A stretch of DNA of 64,000 nucleotides from Pseudomonadota bacterium. Lineage in GTDB: Bacteria > Myxococcota_A > Polyangia > JAAYKL01. How positions within the stretch are numbered: the first letter of the stretch is position 1; every line of letters begins with the position of its first letter. The DNA lies in assembly GCA_023229365.1 (NCBI GenBank), contig JALNZK010000017.1:1393-65392 (forward strand), read 5' to 3'. The notes below the pieces were generated by a model, which saw only the letters and a list, made by a program, of their open reading frames with translations, did no database searches and had not been told where the DNA came from. Of the stretch, positions 17,988 to 27,553 are shown one piece after another. A program made the position numbers and the translations under genes.

Positions 17988-18896
17988 TCATCGCGCGCAC
18001 CTGAAACCGACGTGGAACGCATTGTCCGCCTCGGGGTCGTATCGATAGCGCGTATAGGTTCTCAAATGGTATTCGAACGTGTCGAAACTTCCACCCCGGA
18101 CGACGCGCTCGGTTCCGGGCGGATCCTCCCAAGCGCTCCCGTCCGACGGTGCGCCGTCGTAACCCAGATGGTGCCAGTCCTGGTTCCATTCGTAGGCGTT
18201 CCCAGCCATGTCGCACAACCCGTCCGCGCTGTTGCCAGCCGGCTTGCTGCAAACGTCCCACGTCCGGTTCGCCCCGCAGCCGTAACCGCCGGCGTCGATC
18301 ATCACGGCGCGGCCGCAGTCGGCGTCGTCCCAGCCCCAGGGGAACTTGTTCCACACGCCGTGCCCCCGCGCCGCGAACTCCCACTCCGCCTCGCTCGGCA
18401 GCCGTCCGCCCAGCCACGTGCAGAAATCGACCGCCTGTTGCCACGTCACGCAGTTGACCGGTCGCTTGAACTGGCCCTCGACTCCCCATGTACACCCCGG
18501 CGCGTCCGCGTTGGGCTCGGAGCAGATCCCGGCGTCGACACAAACGGCGTACTGCCCCTTCGTGGTTTCGGTCTTCGCCATGTCGAAGCCGGAAACGACG
18601 ACCGTATGAGGGGGAGCGTCATCGATGTGGTCGCCTTCTCCCATCTCGTAGGTGCCGCCGGAAAGAGCGATCCATTGGACATCCGAGCCTGTATCGGTGT
18701 CGATCAGCGGATCCGTGTCGTTTTCGGAACCCGAATCGATGTCCGTGTCAGTGCCGATATCCGATCCGGAATCCTCATCCGTTTCGTGGCCGGTGTCCGC
18801 GTCCGGATCATCGGAATCGCGGCACGGGCTCGAGCACGCGAGGAGCCCCGCGGCCAGGCATGCGAGCGCGACGGCGCGACTACTCCACGGCTTCAT
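17988..18896 (-). CDS. formylglycine-generating enzyme (FGE-sulfatase/SUMF1) family lipoprotein
   Basis: RVVRGGSF and GFRCAR signature motifs. Lipobox LLAC. D/T/S/G-rich spacer. Confidence 0.8.
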   Translation of the reverse strand: MKPWSSRAVALACLAAGLLACSSPCRDSDDPDADTGHETDEDSGSDIGTDTDIDSGSENDTDPLIDTDTGSDVQWIALSGGTYEMGEGDHIDDAPPHTVVVSGFDMAKTETTKGQYAVCVDAGICSEPNADAPGCTWGVEGQFKRPVNCVTWQQAVDFCTWLGGRLPSEAEWEFAARGHGVWNKFPWGWDDADCGRAVMIDAGGYGCGANRTWDVCSKPAGNSADGLCDMAGNAYEWNQDWHHLGYDGAPSDGSAWEDPPGTERVVRGGSFDTFEYHLRTYTRYRYDPEADNAFHVGFRCAR

Positions 18897-19998
18897 CCGA
18901 ACACCAGAGCTCGATGCGCACCGAGCCCTTCAGATCGGCCTGGAGCCAATCGCAGGTCTGCGGACACGCGATGATCGACGTCGGAACCGTCGCGTCATCG
19001 TAGAACCACGCTTGCGCATCGTCCGCGCAACCGCCCTCGCCGTCGACCCGTGCGATCGCGTGCTGCTCCCCGTCGCCGTTCGTGAAAACGAAGTGTGGTG
19101 AATCGATCAGCAGATGCTCGTCTTCCGGCGCCGCGGGGATGGTCCACTCGCAGGACAAGGGAACGGGCGCCGGCGGTGCGGACAGGACGTCGACGATCGG
19201 CTGCATGTCGAGCCCGCAGATGTCCGCAAACACTCCGCCGGTCACGTCTGCGAGCATCGTGTAGGCCTCTCCGGCGAACGACCCTTGGGCGCAGCAAGGA
19301 TGCGGGGGATCCTCCGCGCACGCGGCCTCCGCATCCTCCTCGGCCAGCGACGCCGTGAACGCGTGGAATCGGAAGTCGCCGAGAGGCGGGCTCACGCCGT
19401 CCATCAAGTCGACGAACTCTTCCGCCGTCATCGCGTCCTCCAGGTTGGCGGCGGACACGAGATGCCTTACGGACCCGGGGCGCAGAATATCCTTCCAGAC
19501 GTCGTACATGCTGTGCAGGAAGTAGAGCCCCTGGTGGAGGTACACCATCTGGCAGGGGTGGTAGTAGAGAGGCGGGTTGTTGTCGTTCGGGCAAACGCCG
19601 CTGCCCAACGGCGAATCGATACACACACCGTTCGCGTGGTATCCGGGTTCCCAATCCGAGATAAGAAAGACATGCGCATCGATCCCGTTGGCGAACAGGG
19701 CGCTCGACAAAGCGTTGAGACCGCTGCGGACCGCGCCGATCTGCCCGGTCTGGTTTTCGAGACCCATCGTCACCGTCATGACGATGTCGACCGGTGATTC
19801 CGGCCCCTGCGCGTACTCCTCGATTTCTGCGCAGGGAACGGCCTCCACGTCAGCGGTATCGATCGGCAGGAACGGTCCAGTCGAACCGTTCCCTCCATCA
19901 TCGGTGTCTGTTTCACCCGTGTCGCCCGAGCACGTGCCGTTGCTCGCACACGCCGTTGTTCCGAGCATGATCAGCAGGGAAAGAGCTGATATCCGCAC
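18880..19998 (-). CDS. cysteine-rich hypothetical lipoprotein
   Basis: GTG start with GAGGTGG Shine-Dalgarno. Lipobox LGTTAC. TD-containing spacer. Overlaps the FGE gene by 17 nt. Confidence 0.5.
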   Translation of the reverse strand: MRISALSLLIMLGTTACASNGTCSGDTGETDTDDGGNGSTGPFLPIDTADVEAVPCAEIEEYAQGPESPVDIVMTVTMGLENQTGQIGAVRSGLNALSSALFANGIDAHVFLISDWEPGYHANGVCIDSPLGSGVCPNDNNPPLYYHPCQMVYLHQGLYFLHSMYDVWKDILRPGSVRHLVSAANLEDAMTAEEFVDLMDGVSPPLGDFRFHAFTASLAEEDAEAACAEDPPHPCCAQGSFAGEAYTMLADVTGGVFADICGLDMQPIVDVLSAPPAPVPLSCEWTIPAAPEDEHLLIDSPHFVFTNGDGEQHAIARVDGEGGCADDAQAWFYDDATVPTSIIACPQTCDWLQADLKGSVRIELWCSDEAVE

Positions 19999-20113
19999 GA
20001 CCCCACCTCACAAACGACTATATCAAAGCGCCAGCCCTCAGCTCAGATGAATAGAGTCTGCACCTACTCACAGTCTTGTCTTCTTCTGTCCGGTTTAAAG
20101 TCAAGGAGACTGT

Positions 20114-20131
20114 GACATTTCGAGAAATGTC
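20114..20131. promoter_or_regulatory. perfect 8-bp-arm palindrome GACATTTC-ga-GAAATGTC in low-GC intergenic region
   Basis: Direct reading. Lies about 120 bp upstream of the 18880..19998 lipoprotein gene start. Confidence 0.4.
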
Positions 20132-20182
20132 GTCTTGTCGCATCATCGATTTCGTTGTCCGCGTGACAACGTGAATTCAGTC

Positions 20183-20944
20183 TTACCTTCGAGTGCTCAG
20201 ATCCAGGCGCAGGCCGAGGAGGTAGCGCGCGTCGGTCGTGCGGCGGTCCATGTCCACGTCGACGCGCAGGATCGCGATCACGTCGATCACCTTCGCGCAG
20301 TGGATCGCGAGCGTCGGCAGCTCCTCGAACGGCTGCGTGCGTACCGCGCCGAGCGACACGCGTGCGTCGCCCGCCCAGCCGAGCGCCCGCGCCTCGGGAA
20401 TCGCCGCCTCGCCCATCAGGCGGCGCTGGTACGAGACGCCCGCCGCGATCGTGACCCACGGCCCGAGGTCGATGAGCAGCGCGGCCGCGCCGCGGATCCA
20501 CGCCGGGTGCTCGCCGCCGCCCCCGCCCTTCTCGACGCCGGTCAGATCGAGCGACGCGTGCAGCGACGCGCTCGTCGCGGTGCGGATCTGCCCGGACAGC
20601 GCCGCGGCCGGCGACCAGAGCACCGCGCCTCCCTCGGCGACCCAGAGATCGACCACCCCCGCGCCGAGCACGAGCCCCGAGCCCCGCCCGGTGTCGAGCA
20701 GCGCCACGCCGAGCGCGAGCGGTCCGGCGATCTCCACCCCGTGCGACAGCCCGGCGCGCGCCGACAGCTCGGCGCCGTAGGTCCACGCGCGCTCCACGGT
20801 CACGGCGCCGCCGGCGGCGACGACGCGGAAATCGCCTCCTTGCAGCACCGGCGGAGCCTCCGCCTCCCCGCCCGCGGCGAGGCGCGGCAGCAACGCGACG
20901 GCGCAGCACGAGGCGAGCGCGATCGTGAGCGTGCGCGGGAGCAT
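20183..20944 (-). CDS. hypothetical secreted protein
   Basis: N-terminal signal-peptide-like segment and high GC3. No recognisable motifs. Confidence 0.4.
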   Translation of the reverse strand: MLPRTLTIALASCCAVALLPRLAAGGEAEAPPVLQGGDFRVVAAGGAVTVERAWTYGAELSARAGLSHGVEIAGPLALGVALLDTGRGSGLVLGAGVVDLWVAEGGAVLWSPAAALSGQIRTATSASLHASLDLTGVEKGGGGGEHPAWIRGAAALLIDLGPWVTIAAGVSYQRRLMGEAAIPEARALGWAGDARVSLGAVRTQPFEELPTLAIHCAKVIDVIAILRVDVDMDRRTTDARYLLGLRLDLSTRR

Positions 20945-21007
20945 GAAGGCGAGTATACAGACTTGAGCTGCAAAGAATGAGCGCTTTCAATCGCGGGGGG
21001 AGGTGCC

Positions 21008-21385
21008 ATGTCGAGCCGGAGGGGCGAGAAGATCGGTTGGATCGGCGGCTGGATCGGCGGGTTCCTGTGGGTCGCGATCCTGTCCGTCCTGTTCCTCGTC
21101 GAGGGGCGGGCTCTCGTCGGCGCCGCGGGGCTCGGCATCGTCGCGATCGCGGCGGCGCTGATCTGGCTGGCCGCGCCGTGGCGCCACCCGAAGACCGCGT
21201 TCTGGAAGCTGCTCCTCGCGCCGTACGCCCTGCTGGCCGCGTCGATCGCCTGGGCGGTGCTCGCCTGGGGCGTGGACGCGGTGCGCGCGGAGGGCGTGTC
21301 GCCGTGGTCCGTGGCGATCCTCCTGCCGATGCTCCTGCCGTTCTTCACCGGCGGCCGGCGGCGGTGGAGCGACGGCGACCGCTGA
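21008..21385 (+). CDS. small membrane protein, hypothetical
   Basis: GGGGGGAGG Shine-Dalgarno. Three hydrophobic helices. Confidence 0.35.
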   Translation: MSSRRGEKIGWIGGWIGGFLWVAILSVLFLVEGRALVGAAGLGIVAIAAALIWLAAPWRHPKTAFWKLLLAPYALLAASIAWAVLAWGVDAVRAEGVSPWSVAILLPMLLPFFTGGRRRWSDGDR

Positions 21386-22483
21386 TCAGCCGAGCCGTGC
21401 GCGCTTGAACTCGGCGAAGTGTCCCGCGGCGATCGCCTCCCGCGCGCCGCGCATGAGCGCGCCGAAGTGGTGCAGGTTGTGGATCGTGAGCAGCCGCGCG
21501 ACGAGCATCTCGCCGACGAGGAAGAGGTGGCGCAGGTAGCGCCGCTCGAACCGCGCGCAGCACGGGCACGCGCACCCCTCCTCCAGGGGCCCGGCGTCCT
21601 CGGCGTACCGCGCCTGCTTGATGTTCAGGCGGCCGCCGCGCACGAACGCCTGGCCGTTGCGCGCGTTCCGCGTGGGCAACACGCAGTCGAACATGTCGAC
21701 GCCGTGCTCAATCGCCTCGAGGACGTCGGCCGGTGTGCCCACTCCCATCAGGTAGCGCGGGCGCGCGGCCGGCATGGCGGGCGCGACCTCGGCGAGCACA
21801 CGGTACATCTCGGGCACGGGCTCCCCGACGGACAGGCCGCCGAGCGCGAGCCCGTCGAACGGCATCGCCGCGAGCTCGCTGAGGTGCCGGAGCCGGAGGT
21901 CTACGTGGATCCCGCCCTGGACGATGCCGAACAGCGCCTGCCCGGGCGCGCGCAAAGCGCCGATCTGGCGGCGCGCCCAGAGCGTCGTCCGCGCGATCGC
22001 GCGCTCGACGATCTCCCTCGGGGCGTCGCCGGGCGGGCACTCGTCGAGCGCCATGGCGATGTCGGATCCGAGCGCCGCCTGCACCGCGATCGCGCGCTCG
22101 GGCGGGAGCTCGATCCGCGCGCCGTCGATGTGCGACGAGAAGACGACGCCCTCGTCGTTGATCTTCACGCGCTCGGCGAGGCTGAACACCTGGAACCCGC
22201 CCGAGTCGGTGAGCGTGGGCCCGCGCCACCCCATGAACGCCGCGAGCCCCCCGGCGCGCCGGATCAGCTCCTCGCCGGGCCGCAGCATGAGGTGGTACGT
22301 GTTGCCGAGCAGGATCGCGGCGCCGCTCGCGCGCACCTCGTCGGGATCGACCGCCTTGACCGCGGCCCGCGTGCCCACGGGCATGAACGCCGGCGTCGGC
22401 ACCTCGCCGTGCGGCGTCGTAATCGCGCCGGTGCGCGCGCCGCCGTCCGTCCCCGTCACGGTGAAGGAGAAGCCCTCCGTCAT
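21386..22483 (-). CDS. tgt: queuine tRNA-ribosyltransferase
   Basis: PAFMPVGT, LTDSGGFQ and the Zn-binding CxCxxC...H C-terminus. ATGA overlap with the queA stop. Confidence 0.9.
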   Translation of the reverse strand: MTEGFSFTVTGTDGGARTGAITTPHGEVPTPAFMPVGTRAAVKAVDPDEVRASGAAILLGNTYHLMLRPGEELIRRAGGLAAFMGWRGPTLTDSGGFQVFSLAERVKINDEGVVFSSHIDGARIELPPERAIAVQAALGSDIAMALDECPPGDAPREIVERAIARTTLWARRQIGALRAPGQALFGIVQGGIHVDLRLRHLSELAAMPFDGLALGGLSVGEPVPEMYRVLAEVAPAMPAARPRYLMGVGTPADVLEAIEHGVDMFDCVLPTRNARNGQAFVRGGRLNIKQARYAEDAGPLEEGCACPCCARFERRYLRHLFLVGEMLVARLLTIHNLHHFGALMRGAREAIAAGHFAEFKRARLG

Positions 22484-23526
22484 CGCGCCCTCGGCAGGAT
22501 CAGCATGGCGTCGCCGTAGCTGTAGAACCTGTAGCGCCGCGCCACGGCCTCGGCATACGCGGCGAGCACGCGCTCGCGCCCGGCGAGCGCCGACACGAGG
22601 CAGAGGAGCGTCGAGCGCGGTAGGTGGAAGTTCGTGACGAGCCCGTCGACGACGCGGAACTCGAAGCCCGGGACGATGAACAGATCGGTGAGCCCCTCGG
22701 CCGCGTCGAGCGCGCCGCGCGCCGCCGCCCCCTCGAGGGCCCGCGCGCTCGTCGTGCCGATCGCGACGACCAGCCTCCCGTCCCGCTTCGCCTCGCGGAT
22801 CGCCGCGGCCGTGCCCGCGGGGATCGCGTACCGCTCGGCGTCCATGACGTGGTCGCCGAGATCGTCGCCGGCGATCGGCCGGAACGTGCCGGGCCCCACG
22901 TGGAGCGTCAGGAAGCGGAGTTCGTGCCCGCTCGCCCCGAGGCGGGCGATCAGCTCTTCGGTGAAGTGCAGCCCGGCGGTCGGCGCGGCCACCGAGCCGT
23001 CGTCCCGCGCGAAAACGGTCTGGTACCGCTCTCGATCCGCGGTCTCGGGGGCGCGCCGGATGTACGGCGGCAGCGGCACCTCGCCGCAGGCCGCGACGTG
23101 GCGGCGGAAGTCGGCGGCGCCCATCGGGATGTCGATCACCGCCTCGCCGCGCTCGCCCCGCTCGCGGACGCGCGCCGCGACGCCGTGGAGATCGATGGCC
23201 GCGCCCGGACGCAGCGGCTTGTTGGCGTGCACGAGGGCGAGCCAGGCGCACGCGGCCTCGCCGCCGTCGATCTGCCGCACGAGGAGCACCTCCACCGCGC
23301 CGCCGGTCGGCCGCCGCCCCCGCAGGCGCGCCGGGATCACCCGCGTGTCGTTCGCCACGAGCAGGCACCCGGGAGGCAGGAGCGCCGGGAGGTCCCGCAC
23401 CGCCGCGTGCGAGACGGCGCCGGAGCCGGGATCGAGGACGAGGAGCCTGCCGCCGTCGCGCTCCGCCGGGGGGTGCGCGGCGACGAGCTCGTCCGGGAGC
23501 GCGAAGTCGAACAGATCGGTCCTCAC
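22480..23526 (-). CDS. queA: S-adenosylmethionine:tRNA ribosyltransferase-isomerase
   Basis: N-terminus VRTDLFDFALPDELVAAHP aligns with QueA MRVTDFSFELPE.... C-terminal FYSYGDAM. The GTG start overlaps the kinase stop as GTGA. Confidence 0.9.
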   Translation of the reverse strand: MRTDLFDFALPDELVAAHPPAERDGGRLLVLDPGSGAVSHAAVRDLPALLPPGCLLVANDTRVIPARLRGRRPTGGAVEVLLVRQIDGGEAACAWLALVHANKPLRPGAAIDLHGVAARVRERGERGEAVIDIPMGAADFRRHVAACGEVPLPPYIRRAPETADRERYQTVFARDDGSVAAPTAGLHFTEELIARLGASGHELRFLTLHVGPGTFRPIAGDDLGDHVMDAERYAIPAGTAAAIREAKRDGRLVVAIGTTSARALEGAAARGALDAAEGLTDLFIVPGFEFRVVDGLVTNFHLPRSTLLCLVSALAGRERVLAAYAEAVARRYRFYSYGDAMLILPRAR

Positions 23527-25565
23527 AGGAACAGCACCTGGTAGGGCGAGCCGAGCGTCGCAGGGGCCGCCGCCTTCTCCGCGGCCGCCGCGCGCTGACG
23601 GACCGCGACGCACACCGGGCCCGCGTTCGCGGGGAGCGAGAGCGACTCGCCGCCTCCCGCCGCCGCGCCGTTGATCAGGGTCTCTATCGTGCTCGCGCCG
23701 ATCCGCACGTCGAGCTCGATGTCGACCTCCGGGACGCCGGAGACCTGGATCGAGGCGACCGCGATCCCGCCCGCGACGCAGTACCAGTCGACGTCTCCGG
23801 CCGCGCCGAGGCGACCCACGATCGGCGAGCCCACGCGCGCCGCGGTCGCTGCGGTCTGAAGCTCGTTCGGCTCGCGCTCCACGGACGCCGGATCGTAGAT
23901 CCTGAAGAGCGCGGTGTACGGCTGCGCGACGTATGATCCCGGGGCCACGCCCGGGCGCCGCACCTCCCGGATCGAGAGCAGGACGTACGGCGTGCCGACG
24001 ACGACGGGCGCGATCTCCTCGCCGGCGCCGGCCGCGCCCGCGTTCGCGACGGCGATCGCCTCGGCCCCGCCCGGCGCCACGATCTGCAGCGCGAGATCCG
24101 CCCCTGGCACCCCGGACACCTGCGCCTCCACCGCCCACTCCCCCCGCGGCGGCCCGTTCAGCCGGAACCAGTCTGCGTCGCCCTCGGGATCGGACGAGGC
24201 GACGTAGCCGGCGAGCGCGACGCCGGGCGTGAGGGTGTCCGCGTCGTCCGGCGCGTCGTTGGGCTCGGTCTCGGCCGTCGGGATGCTGTCGTCGCGCCCG
24301 TGGAAGAGCGCCGCCCAGACGGCGACCGCGGCGACCGCGAGCAGGCCGACTGTCCCGAGCGCGACCGCGATCGCGCGGCGCAGGTGCCGCTTGCGCTGGA
24401 ACGACGCGACGTCGGAGCGCGTCCCGATCGACAGCTCGCGCGAGCCTATCGTGACCGTCGACGGCCGCGCGGCGCCCGGCACGCCGTCGGTCGGGAGGCG
24501 GGTCACGATCGGCGTGACGCTCGGATCCCCAGGCGCCCGCTCCACGGACGTCGGCCTCGGCGCGAACGCGTCGAGCGGGAGGGGGAACCGCCCCGCATAG
24601 GAGCCCGGCTCGAGCCTCTCCGCGAGAAGGGCGAGCGCGCGGCGCATCTCCTCGGCGGACGCGTAGCGATCCTCGGGCGCCTTCGACATCGCCTTGAGCA
24701 CGATGGCGTCGGCCTCGGGGGGCAGGCCGAGCTCCGGGCTGTGGCGCGACGGCGGCTCGACCGGATCCACGAGGTGCCGCGTGATGATCCCCATGGGCGT
24801 GGGCGCCGAGAACGGCGGATCGCCGGTGAGCAGCTTGAACATGACCGCGCCGAGCGCGTAGACATCCGTGCGCGCGTCGACGGCCTCGCCGCGGATGTGC
24901 TCGGGCGCCATGTAGTGCGGCGTCCCGACGAGCGATCCCTGGGCCGTGATGCGCGTCTTCGACTTGCCGAACCGGAGCTCCGCGAGCCCGAAGTCGACGA
25001 CCTTGGCGAACTCCAGCCCGTCCTGCGTCTTCGAGACGATGATGTTCTCCGGCTTCAGGTCGCGGTGGACGATCCCCTTGCGGTGCGCCTCGATGAGCCC
25101 GGAGCAGACCTGGATCAGGATCTCGACGACGCGGCGCGGCCGGAGCACGCCCTCGGTCCTCTGGATCTCGGACAGATCCTTGCCGTCGATGTACTCCATG
25201 ACGAGGTACATGAGCCCCTGGAAGGAGCCGAAGTCGAACACGGACACCGTGTTCATGTGCGAGAGCCGGCTGACCGCCTGGGCCTCGCGCCGGAACCGCC
25301 GCGCGATGTCCGTGTCCTGCGAGAGCTCCCCGTGCAGGAGCTTCATCGCCATGATCTTGCCCATCTTGACGTGCTCGACGCGGTACACGGCGCCCATGCC
25401 GCCGCGGCCGATCAGGTCGACGATCCGGTAGCGGCCGTCGATCACCATGCCGAGCAGCGGATCCGCCGCGGGCGCCGCGCCGTCCTCGCCGAGCCTGTGG
25501 CCGCAGTTGCCGCAGAACGCGGCCTGGGCGTCGTAGTGGGTGTTACAGCTCGGACACGTGGCCAA
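23523..25565 (-). CDS. Ser/Thr protein kinase with N-terminal zinc ribbon, one TM segment and extracellular tandem PPC (pre-peptidase C-terminal-like) domains
   Basis: TTG start with GGAG 6 nt upstream. CPSC...CGNC ribbon. Kinase motifs HRDLKPEN, DFG and APE. TM AIAVALGTVGLLAVAAVAVWAAL. EPND...DWY/DWF repeats. Confidence 0.8.
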   Translation of the reverse strand: MATCPSCNTHYDAQAAFCGNCGHRLGEDGAAPAADPLLGMVIDGRYRIVDLIGRGGMGAVYRVEHVKMGKIMAMKLLHGELSQDTDIARRFRREAQAVSRLSHMNTVSVFDFGSFQGLMYLVMEYIDGKDLSEIQRTEGVLRPRRVVEILIQVCSGLIEAHRKGIVHRDLKPENIIVSKTQDGLEFAKVVDFGLAELRFGKSKTRITAQGSLVGTPHYMAPEHIRGEAVDARTDVYALGAVMFKLLTGDPPFSAPTPMGIITRHLVDPVEPPSRHSPELGLPPEADAIVLKAMSKAPEDRYASAEEMRRALALLAERLEPGSYAGRFPLPLDAFAPRPTSVERAPGDPSVTPIVTRLPTDGVPGAARPSTVTIGSRELSIGTRSDVASFQRKRHLRRAIAVALGTVGLLAVAAVAVWAALFHGRDDSIPTAETEPNDAPDDADTLTPGVALAGYVASSDPEGDADWFRLNGPPRGEWAVEAQVSGVPGADLALQIVAPGGAEAIAVANAGAAGAGEEIAPVVVGTPYVLLSIREVRRPGVAPGSYVAQPYTALFRIYDPASVEREPNELQTAATAARVGSPIVGRLGAAGDVDWYCVAGGIAVASIQVSGVPEVDIELDVRIGASTIETLINGAAAGGGESLSLPANAGPVCVAVRQRAAAAEKAAAPATLGSPYQVLFL

Positions 25566-25585
25566 GAGGTGCTCCGCCGACCGGC

Positions 25586-27481
25586 TCAGCGCCGCTTCTT
25601 CCCGGTCGAGGCGTCGTCGCTCCGGATCACGAACTCGGCGTCGAGCGCGGGCATCGTCTCCTGCTTCCCCCCCTGGAGCTGCACGTCCCAGGTGCCTCGG
25701 ACCTTCCCGTACACGTCGACCATCGACTGGAGCCCGGCGTCGGTCTCGCCGCGGAACGCGACGTAGATGGCGCACTTGGCGCCCGCCGGGCAGCCGGTGC
25801 CGACGTACAAGAGGAGCGCGGTGACCCCGCGCTCGGTGCTGATGTTCACGACGCGGCCGCGGAACTTGACCTTCTTGCCGACGTGGACGTTCGGATCCCG
25901 GGCGAGCGTCGGGTAGTCGATCGACGCGTCGAGGTCGGCGCCCCACTCCGCGACCGCGGCGTCGAGGCTCTGGATGCGGGTGATCTTGATCGCCTGCGTC
26001 CGCGGCGCCTTGCCCGGGGCGCGCGCCGTGATCGTCACCGTGTGCTCGCCTATCGCCGGCAGCGCCGCGGAGGCGTGGAACCCGGCCGCCGTGACGCCCG
26101 CGGGCGCGCCGTTCACCGTGACGACCGCGCCCTCCTCCGTGACGCCCGCGCAGGGCACCGACTCCATCGCGACGACCGCGTTCGGCGCGGGCCTGTCGAC
26201 CTGCAGCTTCGTCGTCGGGATCGTGACCACGTGCTGCCCCTGCTCGGTCAGCCCGGCCGGGTCGGAGATCTGGAACGAGATCTTGTGGATCAGCGACTCG
26301 CCCGACTCCACCACGGTCGCGACCTGGGAGAGCGGGACGTTCAGCGTGTAGAGGCCGTTCGCGGTCTGGACCGGCCGCCCCGAGATCGCGAGCTGGACGC
26401 CCTCGGCGACCTGGAAGCCGACGTTGAACGACGGGGTCGCCGTGACCAGCCCCGTCATGTCGTCGGTGATCGCGTACCGCAAGGAGATGGTGAAGCTCTC
26501 GGCCTTCGGCGCGGCGCCGGGCTCGATGTAGGTCACCTGCACCGGGTTCTCGCCGAGCTTCAGCTGGGTGCGCGGCAGATCGAACCGGGCCTGGCCGCCC
26601 ATGATCTGCACCGTCTGCCCCTGCACCTGCACCGCGGCGCCGACCGGCGCGCTCGGGAAGGCGAGCACAATCGTCAAAGTCTGGCCGTCCGCGGCGGGGA
26701 AGACCTGCGGCTGGAGCCCTCCGCCGCCTCGGAAGACGAGCAGGTATACGAGCAGCGCCGCGCCGATGAGCAGCACGGCGCCGGCGGCGATCGCGATGAT
26801 GACGAGCCCCTTGCCGCCGCGCTTGCGGGCCGGCGGCTCGTCGTCGTCCCAGTCCTCGCCGCGCCCTCGCGGATCCTCGCGGATCGGCTCCACCCGCATC
26901 GTGGGCTTGCGCGGCGCCGGCGCGGGCTTCCCCTGCGGCTCGATCGGCACGGTCTCGGGGTGCGCGGCGCGCGGCGCGGCCATCGTGGGCGCGGAGGTCG
27001 GGACCGAGGCGCTCGCCGGCGCGGGTGCGGGCGCTGGCGGCTCGGCGGCCTCGGTGACGACCGCCGGCATGCCGAGGACGGTCCGCTTGTCCCGCCACGC
27101 CTCGGACGGCGACGTGGCTTGCGCCGCCGCCGCCGGCTGGACCGGTCGCGCCATGGGCGCCGGTTGGGCCATGGGCGCCTGGGCCTGAGGCTGCGCCATC
27201 GCCTGCGTGCTGCCGACGGCCGGGACGCCCAGCATCGTCTTGGCGGGCATCTTCACCATCGGCGCACCCGCCGGCGGCGCCGGCGCCTGGGGTGCCGCGA
27301 CCTGGGGCGCTGCGGCCTGGGGCGCGACGCCGAACATCATCGTCTTGGCGGGCATGCTCCCCGGCTTCTGGGCGCCGCGCTTGAGCTGCCCCTGATCGCC
27401 GTCGAGGGCGCTGCCGCACGCCGCGCAGAACTGGATCTCGTCGCCGTTCGGTGTGCCGCACATCTTGCAGGTCTTCGCCAC
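25586..27481 (-). CDS. zinc-ribbon-anchored single-pass membrane protein with Pro/Ala-rich linker and extracellular Ig-like domains
   Basis: GGAGGAGGG Shine-Dalgarno. CKMCG...CAACG ribbon. TM LVIIAIAAGAVLLIGAALLVYLLVF. Confidence 0.55.
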   Translation of the reverse strand: MAKTCKMCGTPNGDEIQFCAACGSALDGDQGQLKRGAQKPGSMPAKTMMFGVAPQAAAPQVAAPQAPAPPAGAPMVKMPAKTMLGVPAVGSTQAMAQPQAQAPMAQPAPMARPVQPAAAAQATSPSEAWRDKRTVLGMPAVVTEAAEPPAPAPAPASASVPTSAPTMAAPRAAHPETVPIEPQGKPAPAPRKPTMRVEPIREDPRGRGEDWDDDEPPARKRGGKGLVIIAIAAGAVLLIGAALLVYLLVFRGGGGLQPQVFPAADGQTLTIVLAFPSAPVGAAVQVQGQTVQIMGGQARFDLPRTQLKLGENPVQVTYIEPGAAPKAESFTISLRYAITDDMTGLVTATPSFNVGFQVAEGVQLAISGRPVQTANGLYTLNVPLSQVATVVESGESLIHKISFQISDPAGLTEQGQHVVTIPTTKLQVDRPAPNAVVAMESVPCAGVTEEGAVVTVNGAPAGVTAAGFHASAALPAIGEHTVTITARAPGKAPRTQAIKITRIQSLDAAVAEWGADLDASIDYPTLARDPNVHVGKKVKFRGRVVNISTERGVTALLLYVGTGCPAGAKCAIYVAFRGETDAGLQSMVDVYGKVRGTWDVQLQGGKQETMPALDAEFVIRSDDASTGKKRR

Positions 27482-27553
27482 TTCGCCCTCCTCCGCTGCA
27501 CTCGCGCGAGATCATACCCAAGGTCGGCCCGTGGCACAATTTCGCGCGAGCGA

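Noticed and set aside
16221-18974. 917-aa plus-strand ORF
   Set aside because: Antisense to the GILT-like and FGE-like genes, which carry clear motifs. No start context.
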